Positions 1-8,864 of a stretch of DNA of 64,000 nucleotides are shown piece by piece. Below the pieces are notes generated by a model. It saw only the letters and a program-made list of their open reading frames with translations. It was not told the DNA's origin and ran no database searches. A program made the position numbers and the translations under genes. Source of the stretch: a virus; the IMG/VR virus record IMGVR_UViG_3300045988_070370, positions 1 through 64,000 of that record. The stretch is one strand, 5' to 3'. The number at the start of each line of letters is the position of its first letter. Within the stretch, counting starts at the first letter, position 1.

Positions 1-1
1 T

Positions 2-1858
2 TTTGTTCAAGGAGTAGATGTTTTCCTAACAAAAGGAACTGATTTTCTTTACTTAGATAAAGGGTATGACGCAACATCAACGGAAACGGTTAATAATTTA
101 AAAAAGAGAAAAGGTACTATTACATTTGAACGTTTAAAAAAGTCTTCATTATACAGGGAATTTGATAACCTTACCTTTTATCATTCCATCTATATAACAA
201 AAGAAGACCTTGGAAAAGACATTGATTTGTTGAATGTGCAGGGAACAGAAGAACCTTTGTCGCTTGCAGACATGGGGCGAACCTCTATTGGCAGTTCTTG
301 TGCTATAGCATACAACAATAGACTTCACTTGGCTAACATACAAAACTACATCAACGACATATTTTCACCAAACCCAATATATAAATTTGAACTCAACTCA
401 TCAGGCACTTCTTTCCCAGTTGAGAAAATAAACACGATACTTGGAAATTATATGGATGTTCCTTTGACAGACGAAGGTTGGTACGACCTTGAAAAACAGA
501 GTTCTGATACAGCGGAGGTTATTGCTATCATTGATAACAAGTATTACTATAAAGCAACTGTGCAATACCCTTTAAATCCTATATTTGTAGTTCCATTTCA
601 AGATGCAAAAAGTGTCAAATTATACATCAAACACAAAGGCAAGCTCATGGACGAGATTGGATTTAGAAACATCAACCTTCACCAATCAGAAACATTTGGT
701 ATGTCGTATTATATATTTAATGCTGAGAATGGGATATTCTCTTTTATGCAAAAATACGAACTCTCAAATAATGGAGGTGTATTAACAAGAAGGCAAGGAG
801 ACACCTTTACTTCAACATCAAGCAATTTTTACGATGAAGCTTCCCAAAAATGCGATTCCGATGGAGCGAAAATAGAACAACTTGCTTCCTTAATAAAAGT
901 CAGCGAAGCTGAAAATCCTTTAGTCTTCCCTGCAAAGAATAGCGTACAAGTAGGTTCATCTGTTATCTCTGCACTTGCAGCTAACACCCGACCAATCAGC
1001 GAAGGTCAGTTTGGTGAAGCTCCACTCTACGCTTTTACAGATGAAGGAGTATGGGTATTGATGTTGAGTGGAGAAGGAACCTATGTGGCTCGCCAACCAG
1101 CCAACCGAGAAATCTGTTCCAATCCTAACGGAATCTTGCAGATAGATGATGCAGTACTCTATCCAACCAACAGAGGTATCATGATGCAGCAAGGAAGAAA
1201 TTCTATCTGTATTACAGACCAACTTGATGGTTATCCTTTCAACTTCATGGAAATGAAGTACGCTAAACAGATTATAGCCACCAACGAAACAGAGTCAGGA
1301 GAGATAAGTTATATCCGTTTCAAGGACTATCTTAAATCGGCTGATATGATTTACGACTACTACAATAATCGTATCATTGTCTTCAACCCGAACCAAGCAT
1401 ACGCTTACGTTTATTCGTTGAAGAGTAAGATGTGGGGAGCAATGAAGAATGTGTTCAACAAACGAGTTAACATATACCCTGAGTCATACGCTACCAATAA
1501 GGAAGGCAAGATTCTTAATGTATATGTAGAAGAACCATATTTCAACACTCCTTATTTCCTTTGCAGCAGACCTCTTACTATAAGCGACAAAGAGGTTTAC
1601 AAGACTATATTTACTTGCATAGCAAGAGGATATTTCCGAAAAGAAATAAATGGCAAGTGTGCCATGGTTTTGTATGGAAGTAATAACCTCTTCGACTGGT
1701 ATCTCATTAAGACATCAATCAACGAGTATCTCAGAGGAATAGCCGGCTCTCCATACAAATATTTCAGGGTTGCACTCATTGGCAATCTTGCCACAAACGA
1801 ATCTATAAGCGGTCTATCTGCTGAGTTCCAGGAAAGATTACAAAACAAACTTAGATAA
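2..1858 (+). CDS. hypothetical virion/tail-associated protein, 5'-truncated by window edge
   Basis: The frame of the listed 227..1858 ORF stays open (no stop) back to nt 2, so the gene starts left of the window. It ends at a hairpin shared with the convergent minus-strand virion block. No motif recognised. Confidence 0.5.
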   Translation, partial: FVQGVDVFLTKGTDFLYLDKGYDATSTETVNNLKKRKGTITFERLKKSSLYREFDNLTFYHSIYITKEDLGKDIDLLNVQGTEEPLSLADMGRTSIGSSCAIAYNNRLHLANIQNYINDIFSPNPIYKFELNSSGTSFPVEKINTILGNYMDVPLTDEGWYDLEKQSSDTAEVIAIIDNKYYYKATVQYPLNPIFVVPFQDAKSVKLYIKHKGKLMDEIGFRNINLHQSETFGMSYYIFNAENGIFSFMQKYELSNNGGVLTRRQGDTFTSTSSNFYDEASQKCDSDGAKIEQLASLIKVSEAENPLVFPAKNSVQVGSSVISALAANTRPISEGQFGEAPLYAFTDEGVWVLMLSGEGTYVARQPANREICSNPNGILQIDDAVLYPTNRGIMMQQGRNSICITDQLDGYPFNFMEMKYAKQIIATNETESGEISYIRFKDYLKSADMIYDYYNNRIIVFNPNQAYAYVYSLKSKMWGAMKNVFNKRVNIYPESYATNKEGKILNVYVEEPYFNTPYFLCSRPLTISDKEVYKTIFTCIARGYFRKEINGKCAMVLYGSNNLFDWYLIKTSINEYLRGIAGSPYKYFRVALIGNLATNESISGLSAEFQERLQNKLR

Positions 1859-1885
1859 TAATTTTCTTTTTCATTATAAAAACTA

Positions 1886-1918
1886 AAGGGTAGCAGTCCG
1901 TGATGGATAGCTACCCTT
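1886..1918. terminator. bidirectional hairpin terminator between convergent genes
   Basis: AAGGGTAGC-(15 nt)-GCTACCCTT forms a 9-bp perfect stem between the stops at 1858 (+) and 1940 (-). The 5' flank is A-rich and the 3' flank is T-containing. Confidence 0.6.
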
Positions 1919-1939
1919 GCTTTATCTTAATCAAAAACC

Positions 1940-2500
1940 TTAAAACGGATGCAAAGCAATTCTTGCTCTGCCAGCCGACCGATTGCTTGCTTCCTTAATC
2001 TTCTGCTTCTTATCCTCAGCGAGTGCCCAGAACCTGTCAGCACCATCAGGATAAACAATCATCAGCCACTCATATAAGCACTGGTTTACAATATAATCGT
2101 GAATATATACCGTCATGGTATGAACACTTGTCTTCGAGAAACCTTGCGGTATTCTCATCGCCAAGTAGTAGGCTTCCTCTTCATTGGTAGGAGAACCTAT
2201 ACACTCTTCCCACTCGTTGGAATCAAAGCCGCCACCAAGCATTTTCATCTTGGTGTACCTGAAAAGCATTTCGTTACAGTCTTCTACTGCTGAGTCAAGA
2301 ATCCTTGCCAGTTTATCCCGATTACCATCCTCGCCCACATCATAGATATTGTGAATAGAATGGGAATCCGCTACAGAACTGGATATGGAATCGGCATAGA
2401 CAGCAGCCGTATTCTTGATGTCAAACACCAGTTCTTTCTTTTGAAGCTCTATCATTACCTTGTACCCAAGGTTACAAACTCTACATTCTTTCATATACAC
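1940..2500 (-). CDS. hypothetical virion protein (186 aa)
   Basis: Long ORF, last gene of the minus-strand virion operon, tightly packed with upstream genes. No motif recognised. Confidence 0.6.
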   Translation of the reverse strand: MYMKECRVCNLGYKVMIELQKKELVFDIKNTAAVYADSISSSVADSHSIHNIYDVGEDGNRDKLARILDSAVEDCNEMLFRYTKMKMLGGGFDSNEWEECIGSPTNEEEAYYLAMRIPQGFSKTSVHTMTVYIHDYIVNQCLYEWLMIVYPDGADRFWALAEDKKQKIKEASNRSAGRARIALHPF

Positions 2501-2508
2501 CTCCTTTC

Positions 2509-3012
2509 TTATGCGTTAGGATCCGTTCTGCTTGGTCTCTCACGTCTGTTGAAGACCTCATGCAGGTTCTTGATAGCCGCAACCGACAATTCTGCATACG
2601 TCTTCGACTCGTTAGGGTTGGTAATAATAAACCAGTCCATCACAGCCTTGTTGATAATGTAGTCATGGATAGAACTTGTAAGAGCATCCTTTAAGGCGAG
2701 CGGATAGTTTGATGGAAGGGACAGGCTGATAACAATATTGGTACTATCATCAATCAACTCGTTGGAAGCAGTAGTACCATTGCCTGTTTGAATTGACTCA
2801 CTCAACTCTACAAGCAGTTGACTATACGCATTCTGAATGCTACGCAATGCCTGATTTTTGTCTTCATCATCATCGCTCGCCTGAATATTACTTGCCACCT
2901 CAGCATCCATATCGGCAGCCCTTCTACTACGTCCTGTCAGGAACGCTTTATTTTGGAAGTCGTAGATGAGTTCACTCATATACAACGTAATCGTTAGACT
3001 TTTTCTTGCCAT
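2509..3012 (-). CDS. hypothetical virion protein (start trimmed to MARKS...)
   Basis: The listed ORF 2509..3099 overlaps the upstream gene. An in-frame ATG at 3012 lies 2 nt after the upstream stop (3014). Acidic, helical-looking sequence. Confidence 0.55.
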   Translation of the reverse strand: MARKSLTITLYMSELIYDFQNKAFLTGRSRRAADMDAEVASNIQASDDDEDKNQALRSIQNAYSQLLVELSESIQTGNGTTASNELIDDSTNIVISLSLPSNYPLALKDALTSSIHDYIINKAVMDWFIITNPNESKTYAELSVAAIKNLHEVFNRRERPSRTDPNA

Positions 3013-3013
3013 A

Positions 3014-3472
3014 CTATGATATTTTAGTTCGTGTCGGTTTCTTTTTGTAGAACGCTTTGTCCTTAATATCGAGCAATAATGCAGCAGCATTATCTGCATA
3101 TTCCTTTACCTTGTCGTTTGCGGTAATCTCGCACCACTTCCCTATAATGCTATTTACCATGAACGAGTTGGCTGACGAATTGATGGAACTGAGTAGATTT
3201 TCATCGAATCTGCTTGGCATTTCGAGTTCCCAAGTGATAGTCCCATCTACTCCTGAGCCACCTGAGATAAACCGTTTCAGAACGTTTCTTAGCGAATCCA
3301 ATGACTCATTAAAGAACCGCTCAATCATCGCCAAGTCAGCATCCGTCACGAATATCTGGTCAAAAGCCGATTTGCCATCCTCTACGGTTGTCATCTTACC
3401 TATGTAGGCAGTAGTCTTCGCTACCTCTTCATAGATGTCATTTTTCCTGATTACCAATGTGAAATCTGCCAT
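3014..3472 (-). CDS. hypothetical virion protein (152 aa)
   Basis: ORF in operon context downstream of the lysis cassette. No motif recognised. Confidence 0.55.
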   Translation of the reverse strand: MADFTLVIRKNDIYEEVAKTTAYIGKMTTVEDGKSAFDQIFVTDADLAMIERFFNESLDSLRNVLKRFISGGSGVDGTITWELEMPSRFDENLLSSINSSANSFMVNSIIGKWCEITANDKVKEYADNAAALLLDIKDKAFYKKKPTRTKIS

Positions 3473-3905
3473 TCTTTATCTTTTTATAGAGTTTATAACC
3501 TAATATGATTAGCAGCATACAAAGTGCGCCAAATGACCATACAGCATACTTCAACTGAAACTGCTCCCACTTGGACAACTCCTTCTCTACAGGATAGGGC
3601 ACTGGGACGGAATCTCTTTTCAGGAAGGAATCTACCTTAACCTTATACACATTCTTGAAGATAGTTTTCTCATGCCATCGGTCAAGGTAGCAGGTATCTC
3701 CCTTTTGTCTGAGATATATAGAATCACGCACAAAAACGCTATCGTAAGTATGCAGCGTATCGTGTTTTATCACATCCTGATATACAATTTTTTCCATCGG
3801 AATGTACTTCGTTTTGCATCCCGACAGAAGAAATGCCACCAGCAAGATACCAATCACGTAGAGTGCTACTTGCCAAAAATAAGTATCATACCACTTTGTT
3901 TTCAT
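3438..3905 (-). CDS. spanin-like lysis protein (N-terminal lipoprotein signal plus C-terminal TM helix)
   Basis: Hydrophobic leader ending in the lipobox-like LLSGC (Cys30). Single C-terminal TM segment YAVWSFGALCMLLIILGYKLY. Lies immediately downstream of the endolysin. The architecture matches unimolecular spanins such as T1 gp11. Confidence 0.5.
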   Translation of the reverse strand: MKTKWYDTYFWQVALYVIGILLVAFLLSGCKTKYIPMEKIVYQDVIKHDTLHTYDSVFVRDSIYLRQKGDTCYLDRWHEKTIFKNVYKVKVDSFLKRDSVPVPYPVEKELSKWEQFQLKYAVWSFGALCMLLIILGYKLYKKIKNGRFHIGNQEK

Positions 3906-3908
3906 AGA

Positions 3909-4457
3909 CTAAACATTGAAAACCTTCTTTGCTCTTGTTAGGAACTTTCGCCTTGATTCCAATCCGTTAGTTCCACCATTGATGGTCTTGGTAATAGCCA
4001 CGAAACAATCACTATCAGCCAGTTTGTTCAGGTCGTGCTTCCACCACCACCACATCGCACTCTTTGTTGCACCCAAAGGCTTCTCCAGCAATTCAGGATG
4101 CTCCATGATGTCACCAGTACAGTGCTTGCTATTCTGATAAGCCTGATAGTTCGCCCTGCCTGTAATCTGTATCAATCCCCTACCACGATACTTATACCCG
4201 TCACCATCTTTCAGGTTTCCGAGCATATTCTTCAATCTACCAACATCATACTTACGGAAGTAGTTCCTGTTGCCGAGTTCCTTGGTATATCTCAGTTCGC
4301 CACTCTCATGAGCAATCTGAGCCAAGAAGTGAGCCATACGTATAGGAGTATCAATATGATACGCCTCAGCATACCCATTAATGTAAGGCAGAAAATCATT
4401 CACCCTATCCTTTGCATTCGGCATGATAGCTAGAATCTGTTCTCTTGTTACCTTCAT
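3909..4457 (-). CDS. endolysin, glycoside hydrolase family 19 / chitinase-like lysozyme
   Basis: Motifs HFLAQIAHESGELRY, LGN..DGDGYKYRGRGLIQITGRANY and INGG.NGLESRR match the GH19-type phage endolysin signature (FLAQ.HES ... GDG.YRGRG.IQ.TGR.NY). Confidence 0.8.
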   Translation of the reverse strand: MKVTREQILAIMPNAKDRVNDFLPYINGYAEAYHIDTPIRMAHFLAQIAHESGELRYTKELGNRNYFRKYDVGRLKNMLGNLKDGDGYKYRGRGLIQITGRANYQAYQNSKHCTGDIMEHPELLEKPLGATKSAMWWWWKHDLNKLADSDCFVAITKTINGGTNGLESRRKFLTRAKKVFNV

Positions 4458-4720
4458 TACTTACCCTCCTTTACTTGTTTCAGCATACTTACGAGTTCGT
4501 CCTTCACCTTGCTCTCAAAGTTGCCTAATTTTGTCTTAAAATAAATGTTCACTCCGAATATTGCTCCAGAGTAAACAAGTGCTTGACTGATGTACCAGAG
4601 CACACCATCCGAAATAATATAGTTGTTCAGAAAGAATGATAGGAAGGCAAGGACGATGCCGCTAACTACCATTCCAATGGCTGTACCATATTGCAATCCT
4701 TCACGTACGTTTGGAGTCAT
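4457..4720 (-). CDS. holin-like membrane protein (87 aa)
   Basis: Two hydrophobic helices (AIGMVVSGIVLAFLSFFL, VLWYISQALVYSGAIFGVNIYF) and a charged C-terminus. Its stop overlaps the endolysin start by 1 nt. Confidence 0.6.
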   Translation of the reverse strand: MTPNVREGLQYGTAIGMVVSGIVLAFLSFFLNNYIISDGVLWYISQALVYSGAIFGVNIYFKTKLGNFESKVKDELVSMLKQVKEGK

Positions 4721-4788
4721 AACTTATCTTTTTATACTATTAATATTAATAATATGCAAAAATAAGTTATGCCTTTCAATTCATCATC

Positions 4789-5274
4789 TTATCCGTTAAT
4801 GTTATGCCATATCTTGCTCGTTGGATGCAAACAGTCTGGGTCTTGAAGGTATTCTATCGCCATCAACACTACCATTTCTTTCAGCTCCCCTGCATCCTCA
4901 CTATATCGCTCCAGCAGAACATGATGGTCACTCCTCAGTAAATTCATAGTTACCGCCAAATCATGGATGGTATAGTCTGATATATCATCCTTATGTTTAT
5001 CGAAAACCTCCTTTATTTCTTCGTCCGTGAAGAAAGGAGCCATGTGCTTGGTTCCATCAGCATCCTCATACCACATCTTACTGATAGCATCATCAGCAAA
5101 GTACTTGTCAAAATGTTCTTCACTCAAAACACCATGCACCATCGCACAAAGATGATGCACCTCTACATCGCTCAACTTGTACGAGAGATACTTACCCATA
5201 GCCTTAGCTATACTCAACATCTGTTCAGGAGTCATATCCTGCTGATACTTTTCGACAAACTCTATGAAATTCAT
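4789..5274 (-). CDS. hypothetical protein (161 aa), paralog of 19807..20235
   Basis: Start trimmed to MNFIEF... (ATG at 5274), which lies 30 nt downstream of a TATCTTTG -7 box. The C-terminal half aligns by eye with the 19807..20235 product. Confidence 0.55.
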   Translation of the reverse strand: MNFIEFVEKYQQDMTPEQMLSIAKAMGKYLSYKLSDVEVHHLCAMVHGVLSEEHFDKYFADDAISKMWYEDADGTKHMAPFFTDEEIKEVFDKHKDDISDYTIHDLAVTMNLLRSDHHVLLERYSEDAGELKEMVVLMAIEYLQDPDCLHPTSKIWHNING

Positions 5275-5304
5275 ACCTATAAAATTTAAAAGTTTATGAT
5301 GCTG

Positions 5305-5312
5305 CAAAGATA
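5305..5312 (-). promoter_or_regulatory. Bacteroidota-type -7 promoter box (TATCTTTG on minus strand)
   Basis: The plus-strand CAAAGATA is the reverse complement of TATCTTTG, which matches the Bacteroides TAnnTTTG consensus. It lies 30 nt upstream of the ATG at 5274. Confidence 0.5.
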
Positions 5313-5407
5313 AGAATATCTTCAACGCAGCACCATAAACTCGCAAATATTCCTGTAGCTATCTGAGTATCAGACAAATACAGTTACGATAAAAACACCT
5401 CCTTTCT

Positions 5408-5668
5408 TTATTCGTCCTTATATTTGGTTCGTTTCTCTTTGCCCCTCGCCCAGATGTCGTTTTTCTTGCGTTTCGACACCTTGCCGAGTACATCATTTTC
5501 GTAAAGTTCGGGCTTATCTTCCCTACCTTTAGTCTCTGTAGCTATACCATTATTGGGATTGCTACCTTGGCTGGCATCGGGTTTTCCGTTGCCATACCAT
5601 TCCTTGTCGCTTGGTTTGTCTGCAATCATACTATTATCTATTAAAAGAATAACTAAATTAAGCAGCAA
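5408..5668 (-). CDS. small head-module protein sharing peptide motifs with capsid and scaffold proteins
   Basis: The 86-aa ORF sits directly after the portal gene. It contains GIATETKGRE...LYENDV (also present in the capsid N-extension) and DIWARGKEKRT (also present at the scaffold C-terminus). An alternative start, MIADK, is at 5629. Confidence 0.55.
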   Translation of the reverse strand: MLLNLVILLIDNSMIADKPSDKEWYGNGKPDASQGSNPNNGIATETKGREDKPELYENDVLGKVSKRKKNDIWARGKEKRTKYKDE

Positions 5669-7694
5669 GCGGTGGGGTCTGTCCGTCAGGACTCACTCCC
5701 TGACCGCTCATCATCTGCTGCAACATCGCCTGAGCCTTCGGATTGCTCTGTGATGCCTGAGCCACTTGCGCTTGCAACTGAGGAGAGAATCCTTGTGGAG
5801 TCTCACCATTCTGTATGGCTTGCTGGTTGGATGCAACCGATTGCAGCAACTCCTCTCCAAATGGGAAATCTCCTACTTGCAGCAACTGCTCCAGCGTGAT
5901 AGCCTGATTCTGCCACAAGGTCATAAGGAACTCATTCGCCATCTGTCTATAAACAGGAGTAGCCGTACTTTCCGTGATATTGATGTCAAACTCAACGTCT
6001 CGTATCTTCTTAGGGTCATAGCGTACAATCTGCCCTGCCCTACCAACGATATTGAAGTTGCGAGCCACATCATAGTACTGCTGCATATTCTTCACGGTCT
6101 TGTAAGCACCATCAATGATAAACTGGCTGAAACTCTCCAATATATCAAGCAGCGACATGGTGGCATTCTGAGTCTGCTGGGCATAGAGCGAACCGCTCGT
6201 TCCTGAAACTCCTGGCTTTCCTTGTAGAGCACCATTTACTCCAGATATATCTTCAAAGAACTTCAACTGATAACTGAGCAAATCACCGATACCGATATTC
6301 GTTGAGTTGTTCGCCACTTGCTGAGGAACCTGACCGCTCTTGTTCGGCTTGTATCTCACCACACCATTGAACCTACTCCACTCATCGCAGAAATCATCCC
6401 AACTCATATCGTCAGGCAGACAATCCTCAGGACAGAGCAGCACACCCTTGGCACTTGCACGCATAATGAAGTCGTACATCGTGATAAGTCGGTTAACATA
6501 TCTCTGCTGGTCAATCACATCTTCCACGAAACTGTGAATCTCACCATCTATAAACGGATAGAACTTAAAGCAGTATGGATGCTCACCATGAGCATAAGGA
6601 GTCTCACCCTCTCTCAGAATATCACCGAAAGGAGAAAGATAATAGAAATGCCAGTAATCATCCATGAACCACTCAGCTTCAATCAGAGGAATATCATCTT
6701 CCACCATACCAGCAGCCAATCCTCTCTGTCTTCTGTCCGCATTCTCGGCATCTACAATATCTGCCTTATCCTCAATATCAATCTTGAAATCATCGCCATT
6801 GTTGTAGTCGTGGCATCGGTATCTCGGTTTACTCTCCTTGCGCCAAACCTCAATCACTCGGCAGAGCGAAGGGTTGGCAGGATTCATGAAGTCGATGGTC
6901 TTAGGGTCGAACTCACCAAATCGCTGAGTGCAGTCAGCAATCACGAAATCTCGGTTAGCCGCCAGTCTGTATATCTCCTTCAACTTACGAGCCTCAGCAG
7001 GAGACTTGGCAAACTCTCGCAGTACGTTGCCGATGGTGATGTCATGCACCTCACCTAAGCAACTCACGTCCCAACCACGGAAATCCCTCATATTGTTGTC
7101 TATGAAGAAATTGTTCGGGTTCACGTAGTCCGTCCAGCAATCCAACCTACCTCTTCGCCATCCATACTTTTTCTTATAGATAGCAGCACCGCTTATCAGG
7201 AACTCTTCCATGGTTCGGGCATCCAGCTCCGCCTCTCGGTTCAGTTGTCGGCTACATTGCAGCACCACGCTCATGGTCTCACCATATCGTTTCTCATCCT
7301 TATCTCTGGCGTTGCAGGTTGGTTCCTTGCTCTGGGAGCGATATACACCAAGCACATTCTTCACCAATCTTCTGATAAGGTTGTTCTTCAATGGCTCGCT
7401 ACCCTGCTCACGGATATAGTCTTCCTCCCTGATACGCTTTTTAAAGCCACACTTACTTTTGAACTCAATGGTATCTCCCCACTGGTCTCCATAGCAGTAT
7501 CGCTTGTTTCGTAATCTTCGCTTTCGGAAGTTATCCATGTTGTCGTAATATCGCTGAGCTTCAAACAGGACAGCATACGCTCGTTCATAGGGCTGGTCGT
7601 AGTTTTTGAAACTCTGCTTGACGGTATCAAGCTCATCTCTATCCACCACCTTGCTCAGCGACATCAACTTAGCCTTATCATTTTTCTTTGCCAT
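5658..7694 (-). CDS. portal protein (678 aa)
   Basis: Size and position in the head module. The N-terminal RYCYGDQWGD resembles the Y.G.QW motif of P22/SPP1-type portals. The C-terminal tail is Q/A-rich and looks disordered. Confidence 0.65.
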   Translation of the reverse strand: MAKKNDKAKLMSLSKVVDRDELDTVKQSFKNYDQPYERAYAVLFEAQRYYDNMDNFRKRRLRNKRYCYGDQWGDTIEFKSKCGFKKRIREEDYIREQGSEPLKNNLIRRLVKNVLGVYRSQSKEPTCNARDKDEKRYGETMSVVLQCSRQLNREAELDARTMEEFLISGAAIYKKKYGWRRGRLDCWTDYVNPNNFFIDNNMRDFRGWDVSCLGEVHDITIGNVLREFAKSPAEARKLKEIYRLAANRDFVIADCTQRFGEFDPKTIDFMNPANPSLCRVIEVWRKESKPRYRCHDYNNGDDFKIDIEDKADIVDAENADRRQRGLAAGMVEDDIPLIEAEWFMDDYWHFYYLSPFGDILREGETPYAHGEHPYCFKFYPFIDGEIHSFVEDVIDQQRYVNRLITMYDFIMRASAKGVLLCPEDCLPDDMSWDDFCDEWSRFNGVVRYKPNKSGQVPQQVANNSTNIGIGDLLSYQLKFFEDISGVNGALQGKPGVSGTSGSLYAQQTQNATMSLLDILESFSQFIIDGAYKTVKNMQQYYDVARNFNIVGRAGQIVRYDPKKIRDVEFDINITESTATPVYRQMANEFLMTLWQNQAITLEQLLQVGDFPFGEELLQSVASNQQAIQNGETPQGFSPQLQAQVAQASQSNPKAQAMLQQMMSGQGVSPDGQTPPLAA

Positions 7695-7696
7695 GA

Positions 7697-8356
7697 TTAT
7701 TGTGTTTTAGAAGGTTCTGTTATGTTGGCAAGTCCAAATGCCGTGGACTTCAAACTTGAAGCTGTATCAGTATCACCAAGTGTCGTACAAACCAAAGATG
7801 CAGCCATATAAAGAATTGACTCCTTCAATTTCTTGCACATGAATATGACACCATTGTCTATATAAGGAATAGGTATGTATGTACAGTTGAGCGTTTCCGT
7901 AGCAGTCTTGCAAGTATATAGCTCCAATTGTAAGTCACCATTGCTTTGAACCACGGCAGCGATTGGACGTTGAGGATTTCCACGGACTCCAAAACGATTA
8001 CTCTGCCAACCATACTCATCGTCCAACTCAGAAATTATCTTAGCAGGTCTCTCCCATCCAGACATCCTGACACTCAATAAGCGCAACAAGTCCTTTGGAA
8101 GCGGAACCTTACCAACATACATGCCGTTGTTAGCCTCCATCCGTAAGCTGCCATTGTCCTTGTAAGAATAGCCTGATAACATCTGCAATGGAGCATTGAA
8201 CTCTATCAGTTTCGTTGCGTCAACCAACTTGCTCTTGATAATCTCACCCTGAGAGAGCGTATCGGAATCCGTTGGTATCAACTCTGCATTTTCTTGGTTA
8301 CGGTCAAGTATATTTTTGATTTCCCTAACCAAACCTTCAACCGCATAACTATCCAT
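7697..8356 (-). CDS. hypothetical head-module protein (219 aa)
   Basis: ORF between the capsid and portal genes, with 2-nt spacing on both sides. No motif recognised. Confidence 0.6.
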   Translation of the reverse strand: MDSYAVEGLVREIKNILDRNQENAELIPTDSDTLSQGEIIKSKLVDATKLIEFNAPLQMLSGYSYKDNGSLRMEANNGMYVGKVPLPKDLLRLLSVRMSGWERPAKIISELDDEYGWQSNRFGVRGNPQRPIAAVVQSNGDLQLELYTCKTATETLNCTYIPIPYIDNGVIFMCKKLKESILYMAASLVCTTLGDTDTASSLKSTAFGLANITEPSKTQ

Positions 8357-8357
8357 A

Positions 8358-8765
8358 TTACTCCAGTCCTTCTAGTTCAACACCCTTTTCCTTAGCAATA
8401 GCCAAGATGTCTTCCTTGGTCTTCATCTTGGAACGGCTCACACCATAGGTCTCAGCCAGATAGTCCTTGGCATCCTCAACGTCTGTCACTACGTGTGTCT
8501 TCTTCTCGTCAGCCACTTTCTTCTTTGCCTTGGCAGCGGCCTTCTTCTTTGCCTCAGCAGCTTCCTTCTTCTCGTCAATACTCTCCGCCAAGAAGAACTT
8601 GTCGTTGAACCAATAATGAGACTCGATAGCCTTCTGTACCTTTGGGTCTCTTGTCATATAGACACTGCTGCCCATCGTTTTACCCTCAAAGACAATACGC
8701 ATTCTCTCATCACCTACCATAACGCTGAATGCTAAATCTGTACCAGCTTGATATTTATTAAACAT
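8358..8765 (-). CDS. hypothetical head-module protein with Lys/Ala-rich linker (135 aa)
   Basis: ORF downstream of the capsid gene. It has a central KKEAAEAKKKAAAKAKKK low-complexity tract. Confidence 0.55.
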   Translation of the reverse strand: MFNKYQAGTDLAFSVMVGDERMRIVFEGKTMGSSVYMTRDPKVQKAIESHYWFNDKFFLAESIDEKKEAAEAKKKAAAKAKKKVADEKKTHVVTDVEDAKDYLAETYGVSRSKMKTKEDILAIAKEKGVELEGLE

Positions 8766-8864
8766 GATTATACCTTATTATATATATGTGTTACTAAAAA
8801 AGGGATGGGGCTAGTGCCCACACCCCTCACTATTTGATGAATAAATTTGCAATTCTACTTGCTG

